A stretch of 64,000 nt of DNA from the human T2T-CHM13v2.0 reference genome, Homo sapiens. This document shows positions 1 to 14,130 of this stretch, one piece after another. Numbering within the stretch: position 1 is the stretch's first letter; each line of letters starts with the position of its first letter. The notes beneath the pieces are model-generated. The model searched no databases and was not told where the DNA came from. It was given only the letters and a program-made list of their open reading frames with translations. Made by a program: the position numbers and the translations under genes. The stretch lies in NCBI RefSeq assembly GCF_009914755.1, contig NC_060930.1, one strand, 5' to 3'.

Positions 1-231
1 TGGTTTGTTACCATTAGATCATACCCTTTTGTCCTCCAATCATATTTCTGCAATAGTCATTCATAAAAACAGATTTCCCTGTTTCTTTGTGTCTTCATTT
101 CTGAAGGCTCCCATGTCATGTAAAAGTTATAAATAAATTTGTATGCTTTCCTGTTCTAACCTGTCTTTTGTTATAGGGGTCTCAGCCATGAACCTTGTAA
201 TGAATGGGTGAGGAATCTTTTCTCCCATACA
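1..231 (+). mobile_element. ERV1 LTR 3' part, MER34/MER39-like (cut by window edge)
   Basis: Contains AATAAA and ends in ...TACA. It is the reverse-complement homolog of the LTR at 3758-4281 (accattagatcataccc vs gggtatgatctaatggt). Confidence 0.7.
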
Positions 232-701
232 TGAGTTTATCTTTCTCAGCATTAGTCTTTGCTTCTGTCAGATGCCTGGTCATACTGGTAACCAAAGTTC
301 ACTTTAAATTAAATTATTGGCTTAAGGTTCCTGAGACTATGCAGGTATAAAATTCAGATGTGAATTCTCAGGGTAAACATTCTCCCTTAACCACAGCCAA
401 CTCCAAGGTTCAAGACAAGAGACCGCTCCTTCTATCAGTGCTACCTGTTCCCACACATACAATCCAGGACAGGGACCAGTTTAATTCTAGAGACTTTTAC
501 AGTGAGGATGCAGCCTATTGGGGTCCCAGTTTTATTCTGCTGATCTCTTACTAGATTCCTGTCCTCTCCCCTCCTCTGTGGGAATGCAAAAGCCAAAGCT
601 CAAGGTTATCTGGATTCAGCAAATACCTTCTTGGTGAAAGCAGCTTCCATGCTAATTTACATCTCCAGATCCCTGCTTTCACTTAGTTATTAACCTCTGA
701 G

Positions 702-885
702 TAAGTTGTCAGATTTAGCAAATAAAAATGCAGGATGCTCAATTACATTTGAATGTCAGATAAATAATTTTGTATACATATGTTTCATGCAATATTTGAG
801 ACATACTCATATAATAAAATTATTTATTGCTTATCTGAAATTCAAATTTGACTGGATTTCCTGTGTTTGTTTTCTGGCAACACTG
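702..885. mobile_element. MER53 palindromic hAT-derived MITE
   Basis: gttgtcagatttagcaaataaaaatgcaggatg...tttgagacatact...ttatctgaaattcaaatt...ctggcaac matches the recalled MER53 consensus; internal inverted symmetry is visible. Confidence 0.8.
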
Positions 886-1039
886 CACTGAAGAAATTCT
901 TATTTTCTTGCCAGTTCGTTGATGTATCTAGGGAGCCTTTTAAAAACTGAACAGCATTTTTGTTGTTTTCTGCAAGAAGGTCAGTCAAGTTTGCATACTG
1001 CTAGAAGCAGAACTCATTTTTGCCTTTCTCTTACCACCT

Positions 1040-1365
1040 ACCCACCTTATGAAACTGGGGAAGTTACTTGCCTCTGTGAACCTTAACCACTCACAGTATT
1101 CTGACTGCATATCCTGAAATTTGGAAAGGACCTTAGAGATCATCTCTTATAATCTCCTTATGTTAAAACACAGAAAACTGAGACTCAGACAAGTAAAACA
1201 ATAAGGCCAATATTATACCCAATTTAGCGTCAGGGTGGAAACCAGAAATCCTGCCTCCTCACTCATTCAGCATTCTTTCCATTCTACCATGTTGACCGTG
1301 AGGATCAAACGAGCTAAGTAATATCAAGGCACTAGGCAGAACATTGAAAGTACATAAAGCCTTAG
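1040..1365. mobile_element. MIR fragments in both orientations
   Basis: gggaagttacttgcctctgtga; gaaaactgagactcaga; gtgaggatcaaa...ggcactaggca are MIR core motifs. Confidence 0.5.
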
Positions 1366-2499
1366 AATAAAAGTAAGGTACTCAAAATGATTTTGATTAC
1401 AGAGTCTAACACAAAAATTGGGCAGCTTAAATGTGAGATTTACTATGGAATAATATTTATGGAAGGAACCTCATAGGAATATAATAACATATTTATACAT
1501 TCTTTCCTTCTAGGAATCTTAAACATAACAATGAGAATTTTCTACAAATATTTAAAGAAAATTAATGATATTAAAATAAAATATCTGGCCAGAAATATAG
1601 TTTATTAAACAAGAATTTTTGGCCTAGAACATAATATATTCTCCATAGCAAATAAGACAAAAACAGAACTTAATTAGCAAAAGCCCTCTCTTCTTTTCTC
1701 CTTCCTCTTTTCTTACGAAGAAATGCTTTCAGAATGCTTAAGACTCTTACCATGCTACTTTCTTTGCTACAATCAGTGCATGATTGCCACTCAAATTGCT
1801 ATACTGGTCCTTTTTCCTCTAGCTCTGCATAAAAAGAAGATGCAGATGAATGGATTTTCTGTGGGTTAATTTATTAGGAGTGCAAAGCAATTATCAGCAA
1901 GGTAAATCATGGAACATGAAGTACACTGTTACATGCTGGTTGCTGTATAATGTAGGTCCCTTGGCCACAAATGCAATTAAAGTGTTATATTTTATTCCTT
2001 TTAATTTTATCTCCTAGTCTATCCTTGGCTTAACCCAGACAAGTTTAAACGTATGTCAATATATGATCAATAGGTGGAAGTGTATAGTATTCACCACAAA
2101 CAATTTCTTTATGTTTGGTGCTATGGGATAAATTTTCATGATATTATAGCATAAATCTACAAAATGGGGGTTAGAAAATGTAACTGTAGGACTCCATTCC
2201 CAGGACATCAGCTTGTCAGTTTCTTGTGTGGCTGTAATTGGGTGAAATTATATTACTGTCATGTGACCAGAGACTGGAGGGAGGTGAATTAAGCAGTGCT
2301 TGCAAATGCCTGTCACATGAATAGTATCTAAATCTTCTGTTTTTAATTTTAAAGGGCAGGTCCAAAGAAAGTCATGTTTACCAGGCTCTCAGGACTCATA
2401 AAAGAAAGCCTTAACAGCAGAACCAAGCCTTTTACCTCACAGACCAGTCCAAGTCTGAATACTATGAACATGATAGAAAGGCACCACTTCAACAAGGAG

Positions 2500-2925
2500 A
2501 GTGGGGCTAAAATCCCAGTTCTGTCATAGCTAAATTTGGTCATTAGGATAACCAATGATTTCACCCTCCTTTCTTCAACCCCTGCAGTGAAATTCTAGTA
2601 TAACCTGTATCACACTGGATTGTAATGTTTCCTTACGTGTCTTTCTCCCTATCAGCTCCATCTTTAGCTCTTTGATGATGCTGAATGAGGGACAATCTTG
2701 TAAGAATCAGTACTCCCCTGCTCAGAACCATTTAGATATTTTAGCAGCTCATCAATAACCAAGATTTTTATTAATTTTTTTTTTAAAAAAAGGTTTTCAT
2801 GGCTCTTTGTGCCATGATTTAGAATTTGACCTTGATTCAGTTTCCTCATTCAGTTTCTCCTCGCCTCAGTTTTCTCATTTACAAAGTGGTAAAAACAACA
2901 ACTGCCTGGTAGGATTATTAATAAC
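2500..2925 (+). mobile_element. MIR interrupted by a ~280-bp duplicated segment
   Basis: aaatcccagttctgtca...tttcaccctc lies before the insert and gcctcagttttctcatttacaaagtgg...aggattatta after it. Confidence 0.65.
2564..2841 (+). repeat. Dispersed direct duplicate of 6161-6444 (derived copy)
   Basis: Near-identical base by base: cagtgaaattctagtataa...gatttagaatttgaccttgattcagt occurs at both places. Confidence 0.95.
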
Positions 2926-3209
2926 ACATTTAAAAATATATATTTTGTAGATTAACAGAAGCTATTGTGATAATGTTGGTTATTCTTTGTTCACCAAGAG
3001 CTATAAGCCAACAGCAATATTTAAAATGATACCTTCGAGGCAATACATCAGGAAATACCAAGAAACAGACCATTAAACTTGAAGAAAGTGACAAAACGAT
3101 ACCAATAAAGTAAGTGGTCAGGATAAGTAAGGTTAGAAAGAAAAGATGATTGGAAAAAGTGAGTCTGTATTCTGAAACAACACACATGGGTTAGAGGAAA
3201 GAGGAAGGA

Positions 3210-3498
<289 letters not shown>

Positions 3499-3757
3499 GA
3501 TGATGGCAAATGTGAGACCATAGGGAACGCTGGGATTTAGTGGGAAATTGTTGGTTTAGTGTAAAGAAATGAGGTGGGAAGAGGTGCTCTCTCTATTCAA
3601 AATAGTAAAAAAAAAAAAAAAAAATAGTAAAAAAAAAACTATCACGAGGTTGAAACATTCCTATTCATCCTAATGAACAATTAGAAACTTTCAGGGATTC
3701 TGGAGCAACAGAGAAAGGCAGAGAAAGTCAGTAATTTGACTATCATTTTGGCACATC

Positions 3758-4281
3758 TGTAGGGCAAGAAAAATGTGTTTTCCTCACCTGTCTCAAGTTC
3801 ATGGCTAAGGTCCCTGTAACAAAAGAAAGATTAACAACAGGAAAGCATACCATTTTATTTAATGTAAGTTTTTCATGACACAGGAGCCTTCAAAAGAAAA
3901 TGAGACCCGAATAAATAGTTAAACCTGTGTGTTTTAATGCTAAATTTGAAGGGTGGATAGTCGTGAAGAAATATAATATGACCAAGGGGGTATGATCTAA
4001 TGGTAATAAACTGGGGAAAACTTAGCAGGGCCTGTTTGTTCAGATTCCTCTCTGTGACCCTTTGTCTTCAGAAATAAGGATAGCCCTTTCCTCTGGGTAT
4101 AGGGAGGGTACCTCCCACATGAAGTTCTTATGAACTGCGTCAGAGGAAGGTCAGAAAATCCTCCCTAGGTTTTATGACCTGCTTTGGGGGGAAGGTCAGG
4201 GAGACCTTCCTGCTTTTGCGGTTTTCCCAAATTCCTTTAGCCTAAAATATTCAGGGATACTATATCCTGAACCCCAATACA
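3758..4281 (-). mobile_element. ERV1 solo LTR, MER34/MER39-like
   Basis: TG...CA termini (tgtagggcaag...ccccaataca); homologous in inverted orientation to 1-231. Confidence 0.7.
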
Positions 4282-5929
4282 TGTTTATATCATTTTTTTT
4301 AGCTTACTAGGTTCTATTACAGAAAAAGTCTTGAAAAAATGGAAGAAACCCACCCGAAGGCTGCTGTCATCACACAGATAAGAGGTGGCGAAGGCGGTAG
4401 GTGCAGTAGGTGACTGATTCTGTGATGTATGCTCAAGGGTGAAGGAAGATCAACAACTGTTCAGACTGTTTCTTCCCTAACCTAGCTGAATCCTCAAAAT
4501 ACAAGCAGATGCCTTCCCTGTAGCAAAAGTCTCTGTCCATAGTGATAGTGTAAATGCCCCACAGAGAGAGTTAAAATTAAACTTCTCACATTTTAGCACC
4601 TCTGTGTGAATACATTTGCTTGTTTGTTTTTCCTAGAGCAGATGTCCATAAGGGATTGTCAGGAAGGTGGTAAGAGCTCTGAGCCCTAAGTGGGTGGCAA
4701 CCATCACTGACGCAGAGAAGGACATTAAAAGGGGTGGCTGGGGGTGTTGAATGTTAGTTCTCTTCTGCAATTTTGCCTGAGGCTGCCCTTGAGGATGATA
4801 GTGCTGACCACGACAATAAAACTCTGAATAATAACTAAATGTGGTCAAGGGAGAATTAAAAACTAATGTTAAAATAAACAGCGATGTTAAAACAGTGTTT
4901 CCCCAAATTCACCCTTTTGCTTTTGGGGGAATTCAGTTATTGTGCATGCCCCTGCTCCTTTGTGTGAACAAATTTTAGCTTCAATTCAGTTCTGCATTGC
5001 ACTTCTATTACACAAATGTCTCTTTGGCTTCAACTGCCTTCCTTCACTTGAGATAACCCATCATTATTGTCTCCACTTATCTATGAAACATGTGTTTTAT
5101 GTTTAACTTGCATGTACAAATCGAAGCGGGTTGTCAACATTACTATGGACTGATATATTCTAAAATAAGTAGATGCAATGATATTGCCTCAGTGTTGTAA
5201 GCACCCTCTTTGCATCTGCAGCTATCCCCTCTCATGCTAAATTGTGTTCTTTTGAATAATTTAACGCTTTTGTTATTTAAAATGTGATGTATTCATGCTT
5301 TGTGTCCGCAACGCCAGTGAAAGCTCTTAGAGGTTTTATTCACCTCTATCCCTCAGCACCCAACACTAGTCTCTTTACTTAGGAAAATACTTGAGTTTTT
5401 CAGGCTTAACTACATATTACTCGTTATGGATGGGAGTGCTTGCTCTTTTTAGGGTTGACAATTTTGCACTGTATGATACTTTAAGTAATTATGTTTATAA
5501 TCAATTAGTGAGGGCAGGGGATGAGGGACTCTCAAAACCACTTTCGAGTGCATAGTGAAACATGATTAAATCAGATTCCACAACTTCGACATTTGTGTAA
5601 ATTTGAATGTGATTCGTGCATGGAGCTGTTGAGTCCCCTGTTCATCAACTTGGGGTACAAAATAAGGTTTCATATTCAAAATGAATTATTTTGAATACTC
5701 ATGCTTTCTTCATCTTGCTCGTAGCTGAATTCTTTTCCAAAATGCAGCTCTCTAAATGAGTCCTGGGGACCTCCAGGAATTCAGTCACCATTCCTGACTC
5801 CGTTCCCTCTATTGCTTGCCTTTTGTGGACCATCACATTGTTCCCCGCACATCATACTCCTGTGGCTGCATGGACCATTGAACCGTGACGTCAGCACGTC
5901 CTGCTAATTCTACCTTTAGGTTCTAGGCT

Positions 5930-6370
5930 GCAATTACCCTCCCAATTTCCTCTCCTACCACTCTTTCCTTCATACTCTATGCATTTTCACAGGCCTTTCG
6001 TGGTAGTCACACATTCACCACTTCCCACAGGCCATTCCCTCTGCTTCGAATGTCCTTTCTACACTGCACACCCCTCATCCAAATGGGCAAACATTTAAAT
6101 CTTAGCCAAATTGTTATGTCCTCCTTACCACTATCCCTGACTCTCAGAATTAGCTATCCGCCCTCCTTTCTCCAATCCCTACAGTGAAATTCTAGTATAA
6201 CATGTATCACACTGGATTGTAATGTTTCCTTATGTGTCTTTCTCCCTACCAGCTCCATCTTTAGCTCTTTGATGATGCTGAATGAGGGACAATCTTGTAA
6301 GAATCAGTGCTCCCCTGCTCAGAACCATTTAGATATTTTAGCAGCTCACCAATAACCAAGACTTTTATTA
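5930..6370 (+). mobile_element. L2 3' end
   Basis: ccattccctctgcttcgaatgtcc...tatcacactggattgtaatg...ctttctccc...gagggacaatcttg follows the L2 3' consensus. Confidence 0.6.
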
Positions 6371-6444
6371 ATTATTTAAAAAAAAAAAAAAAAAGGTTTT
6401 CATGGCTCTGTGTGCCATGATTTAGAATTTGACCTTGATTCAGT
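6161..6444 (+). repeat. Donor copy of the 2564-2841 duplicate
   Basis: Same sequence as 2564-2841, here continuous with the upstream L2 context. Confidence 0.95.
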
Positions 6445-8164
6445 CCAAACCACATTCTAAGAAAATCTAATTTAGGTGAAGCATTATGTGGCTATTATAT
6501 TAGTACATTTGGGAATGGCAGAGCAGATATGGATATATACAGCAAGTTGTACGGCGGATAAGAGAGGTGGGTAAAATTAACTTTCCCATTTAAATGTTCC
6601 AGAAAATTTTAAAAACTGAGCTGTCAGAGAAAAAAAGCAAAGAACCCACATATTGCTACTCAGCATAATTTTGCTTAGAAAATAGCATTATTTCTGCTTG
6701 ATTTGATTTCATGTGGTTAAGTTTGGAGGAAATGTTATTTATTATACCACAGCTAAGCTTATGTAATTATCCACAAATGTTCTAGTGTAGTACATACAGC
6801 CAACAACAGGAATGCTTGTTGCATCAATTTGGAAAAGAGAGGAAAAAAATTAGCCATGTAATAGTTAATTCAATTTATAAAATTAAATGTGTATTAAAAA
6901 TATGTCTGGTAAATATTATGCCATCTGCACATGCTCAAACAGTAAGCCTGGTTAATATTTTATAGTTTATCTGATAAAGTTAACAAAATAATTTAGTCAG
7001 AGTGGAGACATACACTGAATATTTCATCACCTTCTTAATTGCAGAATACAGACAAGACATTTTTTTTTCCCTTTGGGAAAAATAAATGTTAAAAGTTATT
7101 ACAGATGGAATCAGTTTGGCAATTAGGTTGAAATCCAACTGAAACCAAGCAGAAATGGATGGCTACAAACATCACAGTACCAAAGTATTTTCAGCCAATT
7201 CCATCCATTTACATGATGAAGCAGAAATGTTGATAGCAACGCTGTGAAACTCGGCTAGCAGAGGTTATATTAACACAGGAGAAAAACTGGCTTTGTGCCT
7301 TTTTCCCCAATAGTTAATTTGCAGTCATCAAGAGCTGTCATTCTTATGCACAGCAGACAATATGATATACCTAAGGCTTTTCAGTCTGACTTCTGATTTA
7401 AAGGTCTTCAGCTTATGCTGTGGACCTTAACCTTGAAGCCAAGTGCAAATTAGCTTTAAATCAATGAAGCTGATTAAAGCTCCATTGTGGTTGAGCCCTT
7501 AATAGAAGAAGGGAGGGGAAGGAACCACTTGAAAACAGCAAGATTGGCCTCTCTTAACTTGGAACATATGTAATGCTTTTCAGCTCTTCTCTACCCTGAC
7601 AAAACCATGAATGGTTTTAAGGCTATTTACCTGCTAAGAGAATGGAACCAAATTTTCCAATTCAGTGGAAGAGGTCAAGTGAGAATCAAAGGTATTTTTC
7701 ACAAGCACTAGGATATAAAAGGTTATTTTAAAAAGAAATAAAGAGGAGAACATCAAAACACCTCCCTAATGGAGGCCAAGAGAACCAAGTTTCTATCATG
7801 TGAAAAAAAAAAATCTTAGATTGTAAAGGTGCTGTGGATTTCTGCTTGTTTTGTTTTATGTTTTTTAGATTTACCGTTTCTCAAAACAGGAGGATGTTGC
7901 AACTTCTGACCATCTACAGAAAATGTTTCTTTTCCTCATAAATGAATATGTCTGTAAAAAAATTTGCCTGCAGAAAAGTTATTTGCTTTGAAAGTGGCCA
8001 GAATAAACTCTAGGCAAAGCAGGGTCATTCGTTTATTTATAACCCACCACCAGTACCACCTATCCATAGCCACAGGAATCACTTTACCTGAGTGATTTAC
8101 CAATTCTTCCTAATTTTTCTGGGGCTATCAGCATCTGGACAAATTCAATTTTTACAAAAGAATA

Positions 8165-8165
8165 T

Positions 8166-8220
<55 letters not shown>
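8165..8220. repeat. (CA)n(TA)n microsatellite at an Alu-monomer tail
   Basis: Seen directly. Confidence 0.95.
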
Positions 8221-8223
<3 letters not shown>

Positions 8224-8345
8224 TTATTTTAGAGATGCGGGGCTCAGTCTTACTGTGTTGCCCAGGCTAGACTCCAACTCCTGAATTCAAGTGATCCTCC
8301 CCTCTCAGACTCCCGAGAAGCTGGGACTCAGCTACTGTGCCAGGC
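8219..8345 (-). mobile_element. Alu monomer (FLAM-like)
   Basis: agagatg...gttgcccaggctagact...aactcctg...caagtgatcctcc...gctggga. Confidence 0.8.
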
Positions 8346-9095
8346 AAGAACAATTCTTTTTATAACATCTTCAGAAACATTAAAATTATAGACTAGAAAG
8401 ACTATTTCAAATAGAGAAAGGCTCACTTTTCCTGCCTAATGTAATTCTTTAATGTTGCAATTCAATTTGCCCTTCACAGAAACACCATCCCACTGTAACA
8501 GATTATAGGGAGTGACCTTCTCAATCTCATCCAAGGTATGGATGGGTCCTTGTCTTTATATTTCAGGCATGCTGAATTTTAAATTAGGGAAAAGAAATTT
8601 TACCGAGAAAACTGGAGAAAAAAAACAAATACAAAAAGGCAGGAGCTAAGGAGTCATAGAGTACAGGTAATTTAATAATACAGAGTTGACCATGCCTACT
8701 AACTACATTAGTTATTATTTATTAAGTGCTTACAACCATGCTTAGCAGATAGCATGTGCTCAATGCATGTGAGCTGTTGTCTGTTATTCCAGTGGCTTGG
8801 ATGCACACTTGACCATGCAGAGTCCACAATCCTTCTTACTCCTCCCTTGAATGTACATGCTGCCAAAACTCTGCTTTGAAGCCCTCAAAATTTCCTCTCC
8901 CACTCCAATTTCTATGGAACTTTAATAGACAGAGAACAAGAGAGCTGAACTAAAATAGAAATCAGTCACTGTGACCTAACCAAGTTACTAAAAACATGCT
9001 AAGAGTCACCAAAGGCTGAGAAGTATCAACACATAAAAGCATGTACACTAGAAACAGAGCAAAATACTTAATTCCCCAGTCTTGAAAGTCAAACA

Positions 9096-9402
9096 GGCCG
9101 GGCATGGTGGCTCACGCCTGTAATCCCAGCACTCTGGGAGGCCAAGGCAGGCGGATCACGAGGTCAGGAGTTCAAGACCAGCCTGACCAATATGGCGAAA
9201 CCCTGTCTCTACTAAAAATACAAAAATTAGCCGGTATGGTGGAACGTGGCAGTGATCCCAGCTACTCAGGAGGCTGAGGCAGGAGAATTCCTTGAACCCA
9301 GGAGGCAGAGGTTGCAGTGAGCCCAAGATCGCGCCACTGCACTGCAGCCTGGGCAACAGAGTGAGACTCCGTCTCAAAAAAAAAGAAAAGAAAAGAAAAG
9401 AA
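9096..9402 (+). mobile_element. AluS (Sg-like)
   Basis: gatcacgaggtcaggagttcaag; target-site duplication (TSD) gaaagtcaaa. Confidence 0.95.
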
Positions 9403-12400
9403 AGTCAAAGAGACCTGTTTCCCCACACGTATCTCTACATCTCTAGTTTATCTTGTATAAGCTTCCAAGACAGGGAAAACTAAGGCACAATACAGACATG
9501 AACTGGCCAATGAAAATAGAAAGAGAATAGAGAATGGAGATAGGGGAGGCAGTAGAATGCTAGGAAAGATGGGAGAAAGAAAGGGGAAAAGACAAATTGC
9601 TGAGAAAAAGGAATGAGGCAACAGATGAACAGCATGAGTTGAGACGAATTAGGTGTAATGTTCCCCCAAGATGAGTGTGAATGGCAACTGACGAGGACAG
9701 AGAGCTCTGCTCTTCACAGAGTCAGGGTGACAAGGTTCTGCCCATTCACTGAACTGTTGCTACACAGCTCTAGAAGGACAGCAAAGTCAAGGAGAGAGAA
9801 CACGCACCAGCATGACTAGACAGCCAGGACCTAGTGGGTGATAATCATCACGATTTTTTAAACCACAACCACCTTCTGTCATTAACAGGATGTTGTGAGA
9901 ACAAGGAAATTTTCTGTCAGATGCTGAAATCTCTGGAAAGAGGTACCATTTAAATGCTAACGTTTATTATCAATGGTGATGGTGGTGATCAAGATGATGA
10001 TGGAATGATGATGACTTACATTCAGAATCTCCGTACCTAGAACTATCTGCCTCAATGATGCCCAAGCACCTTTCAAATTTCATTAACTCTTACCTGTGTT
10101 TTAATTAATCATCATTTTAATAACCCTGGAAAGCATTCTAGAGGCTGCTGATAAAATGAGAAGCAAAATTAAATGATTAAGAGTAACTTTCATCTGACCG
10201 TGGGAAAATCACAGGCACTTTTGATGGCCTCATTTTGCTAGCGAACAATGCCATTCATCTGGATACATCCTATCCATGACTAGGACTAACCTTACAAGTA
10301 GATAAAGGCAGCATTCCAGAATGGTATAATTTAAGAAGCTTTCCTTGCCCCAAAATATCTCCCTTGCCCAGACATAAAAATACCCAACAATCTGTTTTTA
10401 AAGGTCTGTTCCTCTGGATTTCTCAGCAATGAGGTCTCCATTTTTAAAATGCAAACGCTTCTGGATTTTATCAAGAAACTCAGCTATCTTCACATCCTAT
10501 AAATAGCTGTGGTTGTTTTTAATCTGATGTTTTCAACCTCTCTGAGGAGGGATCCCTGGCTGCATGAAATCATTAGTCATCCTAAAAACTGGGGTGGCAC
10601 CAGACAGAGTAACAAGCATTTGAAAAATTAAAATAAATAAAAGAGAACAGCAAGCCCCTAATACAAGTCATTCATTTGGAGATTTTTGCTTAAGACTGAT
10701 TTACCCCAGGTTATTTTACACATCCAGAGCTAGAATATGCCAGATTGCAAGTTAAAAGAGGACGCAAAGTAAAACATCTTCTGTAGCTCTAATGAAAACC
10801 AGCATCCAGGGAGTCCCAGTTGTTGTGCCCAACTTTCTTCTGCTAATACTCAAAGCAAGGAGATGAATAGTGTCCCATCCCTTAGCCCCACATCCACCTC
10901 CTGCCCCATTATTCTGGCTTTCATTTTTGCAGCCACAGAACTAGAGGAAGGAAGTTCTGGAATTTCTGGCAGAGGGAGCAAGACATATATACTCCCTCCA
11001 GTCACTGGCACTCTCACTGCCAAAATTCCTCCTTTGTTTACCACATTGCTCCCCTGCAGACTCAGGGCTCACACCCCTCACAGAGGGCACAGAGAGGTGA
11101 GTATCTTTCTAAGGACCTACTGTACTTCCTTCCAGATGAAGGTGCCAGCAAGCTTTCAGAATTTCTTTTTTAATCTTTTTATGCATCATAGAAAGCAAAG
11201 AGAAACTTGTTTGAACCTTGAATCCTGGAGGGGAAGTAGACTAGCCTTCCACATACCTGGATGCAGTTCAATACTTGATTAGAAGACAATTGCTTGTTAG
11301 TCAGCTGCACAGGCTGAGATAGGTCACCAGCCCACAACCTAAGCCCTTCACCTCAGACAGACCACCCAAGTTCACCCACAGGGGCAGAGCGGGCCTAGCA
11401 CCTCAGGCACCCTGCCACTGACATATATGCACCCCAGGAAAAGGAAATTGTATGTGTGTTCTGCCCACTTTTCTTAAGCATCATGAAAATCTCCGTGTAC
11501 TGCCACCAAGTCTTTTGTGAGTGTGTGTGTATTTGTGTGTATGTGTCTATGTTGATATCTAACTATATGTAGATACACACACAAGGACAGAAACAGGGAT
11601 ATTCCCAACAGCAATACTGCATTACCAAGAGCTCATTTTCATCTGGCTGGCCAGCACTACAAAGTGGCTGTGTATTCTCGTGTAACACTCCTTGTCACCT
11701 ACACCAATGTATGTGCACTGCCTAGAGAAGCCAGACTGAATCATGGCAGGGAAGACATCATCTCGAGTATCTTTAAGCTCATTATCAGCAAAGTTTATGT
11801 TAGCAGGGTTAATAGATGCTCTTCTGAGTCTATTTCTCTTCTCCCTACACTACCTACATTCCTATAACTCACCACTCTCCCTAACCCCTGTAAAACTTTA
11901 CTTGCCCCATTGTTTGTGAGTAACTCAGTCTAGTACTTGGGTTTTCATACGGTTTTCAAATGTGGTTCCATTGATGTTGAGATGCATGAGAATCCTCCCA
12001 GATCTTGCCTGCTTGTGTCATCCACATTTTATCCTCCATATTTCAGCTAAGAAAGTTTCAAGTAGGTCCATCCGCATTTTAACTTCTGACTTTGAAAAAT
12101 CTTGATGGAACCAGGATGAATTTCAGCCTGATGCTACTTGCAGATCACTTGTCTCCTCTCCACAGTAAGTAAGGTTTACCCATGACAAAGGCTATCATCT
12201 AAGAAAGCCACTTTGTGAGAGCAGCAGAAGGGCCACAGGAAGTTGCTTACTCTAGCTTTGTTTCATATTCTACTGGATGGCAAAAGTGTGGATAACTCTT
12301 GGCAGCCACTACTGGTTGGATGGCATTTTGCTTAGACTCCCCAGTGACCCTGAAGGACATGCATACTTCTATTTTCTGAATAAGAGTTTCTACAAATCCC

Positions 12401-13072
12401 CAGAGATAGCTTTTCAATGTACAAATGTCCCATCAGTCTGCTCCTAAGACCACTTAAAGTCAGTATCTGCTCTAGTCCATATGACACTTAAGGAACAAGG
12501 GCCATTTTTTAATGCAACATGACTCACAAAATCTCTTCCTGGGTAGCTTATGAAAAGGAGGGAAACCAACTAGGGGAATATTGCTTTTATAAGTCAGCCT
12601 TAAAGAAAATAAGAAAAAACAAGTTGATTTTCAAAGCTATTCTTCTTGAACAAACTCAATATGTAGCTATTGAAATAACATATTTTGTAGTGTGCCCTTA
12701 AAATGACGTGAATAATACAGGGGAAACATTAAAACAGAAAGGCTTCCTTTACAGATGCTACTTAAGAAACTTACACCCCGGAATTAAAATTTAAATATTT
12801 TAATGCCTTTTTACATTCCCTTTTGCCCCATCCCATTCTTCAAAAGAAGATGTTAGTATGAAACAGAACAAGATACCACTTAACATCAAAATGTCTAAAC
12901 TTTCTAGAGGGGATATATTACTCTTTATTAGTTGATTTGATTGGGTAAATATTCCTCATGTGTATTTGATTTTTGTGCTGGCATTCATTACTCCATTGAG
13001 TAGGAACTATTTAATAGCTTCCAAATATTTAAAATAAGTTCAAACCAGCTACAAGTATAAAGATTGTATCTA

Positions 13073-13399
<327 letters not shown>

Positions 13400-13838
13400 C
13401 TATAACCAAACAAAGCATACCTAATGGAAAATAAGTTACATCTCAGCCTACATAAAATATGGAGGAATATCAGATATATCAATAGTGGTATGATTACTTG
13501 CCCTCAATTTCGAGAACTATTATTTGCTTCCCCAAACCACACCCCAATCTCAACTCAAAAAAGCTTCAAATAAATTGATCCACACTGGGAGTACAAAATA
13601 TAAAGTTTCAGATAATTTTTCTGCTCAGAGATTTAAAAGTGTAGGTCAATTTTGATCATCTTTAAAATTTTTTTAATTAAAAAAATTTTAGAATTTGACA
13701 AGAACCTAAATCTACTTTGTTGCAATTTGATAGCTGTGACAAGAAAAATTGACATCTTGGTTTACAAGGTAACATGTAGGAAACACTTATGAAGGGAAAA
13801 AAACTACGACAAAAGAAAGATCTATATGTAGAAAATAT

Positions 13839-14130
13839 GGGCCTGGCACAGTGGATCACTCTGGTAATCCCAGCACTTTTGGAGGCCAAGATGGGTGTAT
13901 CACTTAAGGCCTGGGGTTCGAGACCAGCCTGGCCAACATGGTGAAACCAAGTCTACTAAAAAGACAAAAATTAGCTGGGTGTGGCCTGTGATCCCAGCTA
14001 CTCGGGAGGCTGAGGCAAGAGAATCGCTTAACCGGCAGGTGGAGGCTGCAGTGAGCCGGGATCGCACCACTGCATTCCAGCCTGGGCAACAGAGTGAGCC
14101 TCTGCCTCAACGAAAAGAAAGAAAGAAAAT
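13839..14130 (+). mobile_element. Alu (diverged S/J)
   Basis: Dimer with small deletions; TSD approximately agaaaat(a/g)tg. Confidence 0.9.

Noticed and set aside
10863-11282. 139-aa ORF and the overlapping minus-strand 64-aa ORF
   Set aside because: No recognisable domain or family similarity and no supporting gene structure; this length is expected by chance in 64 kb.
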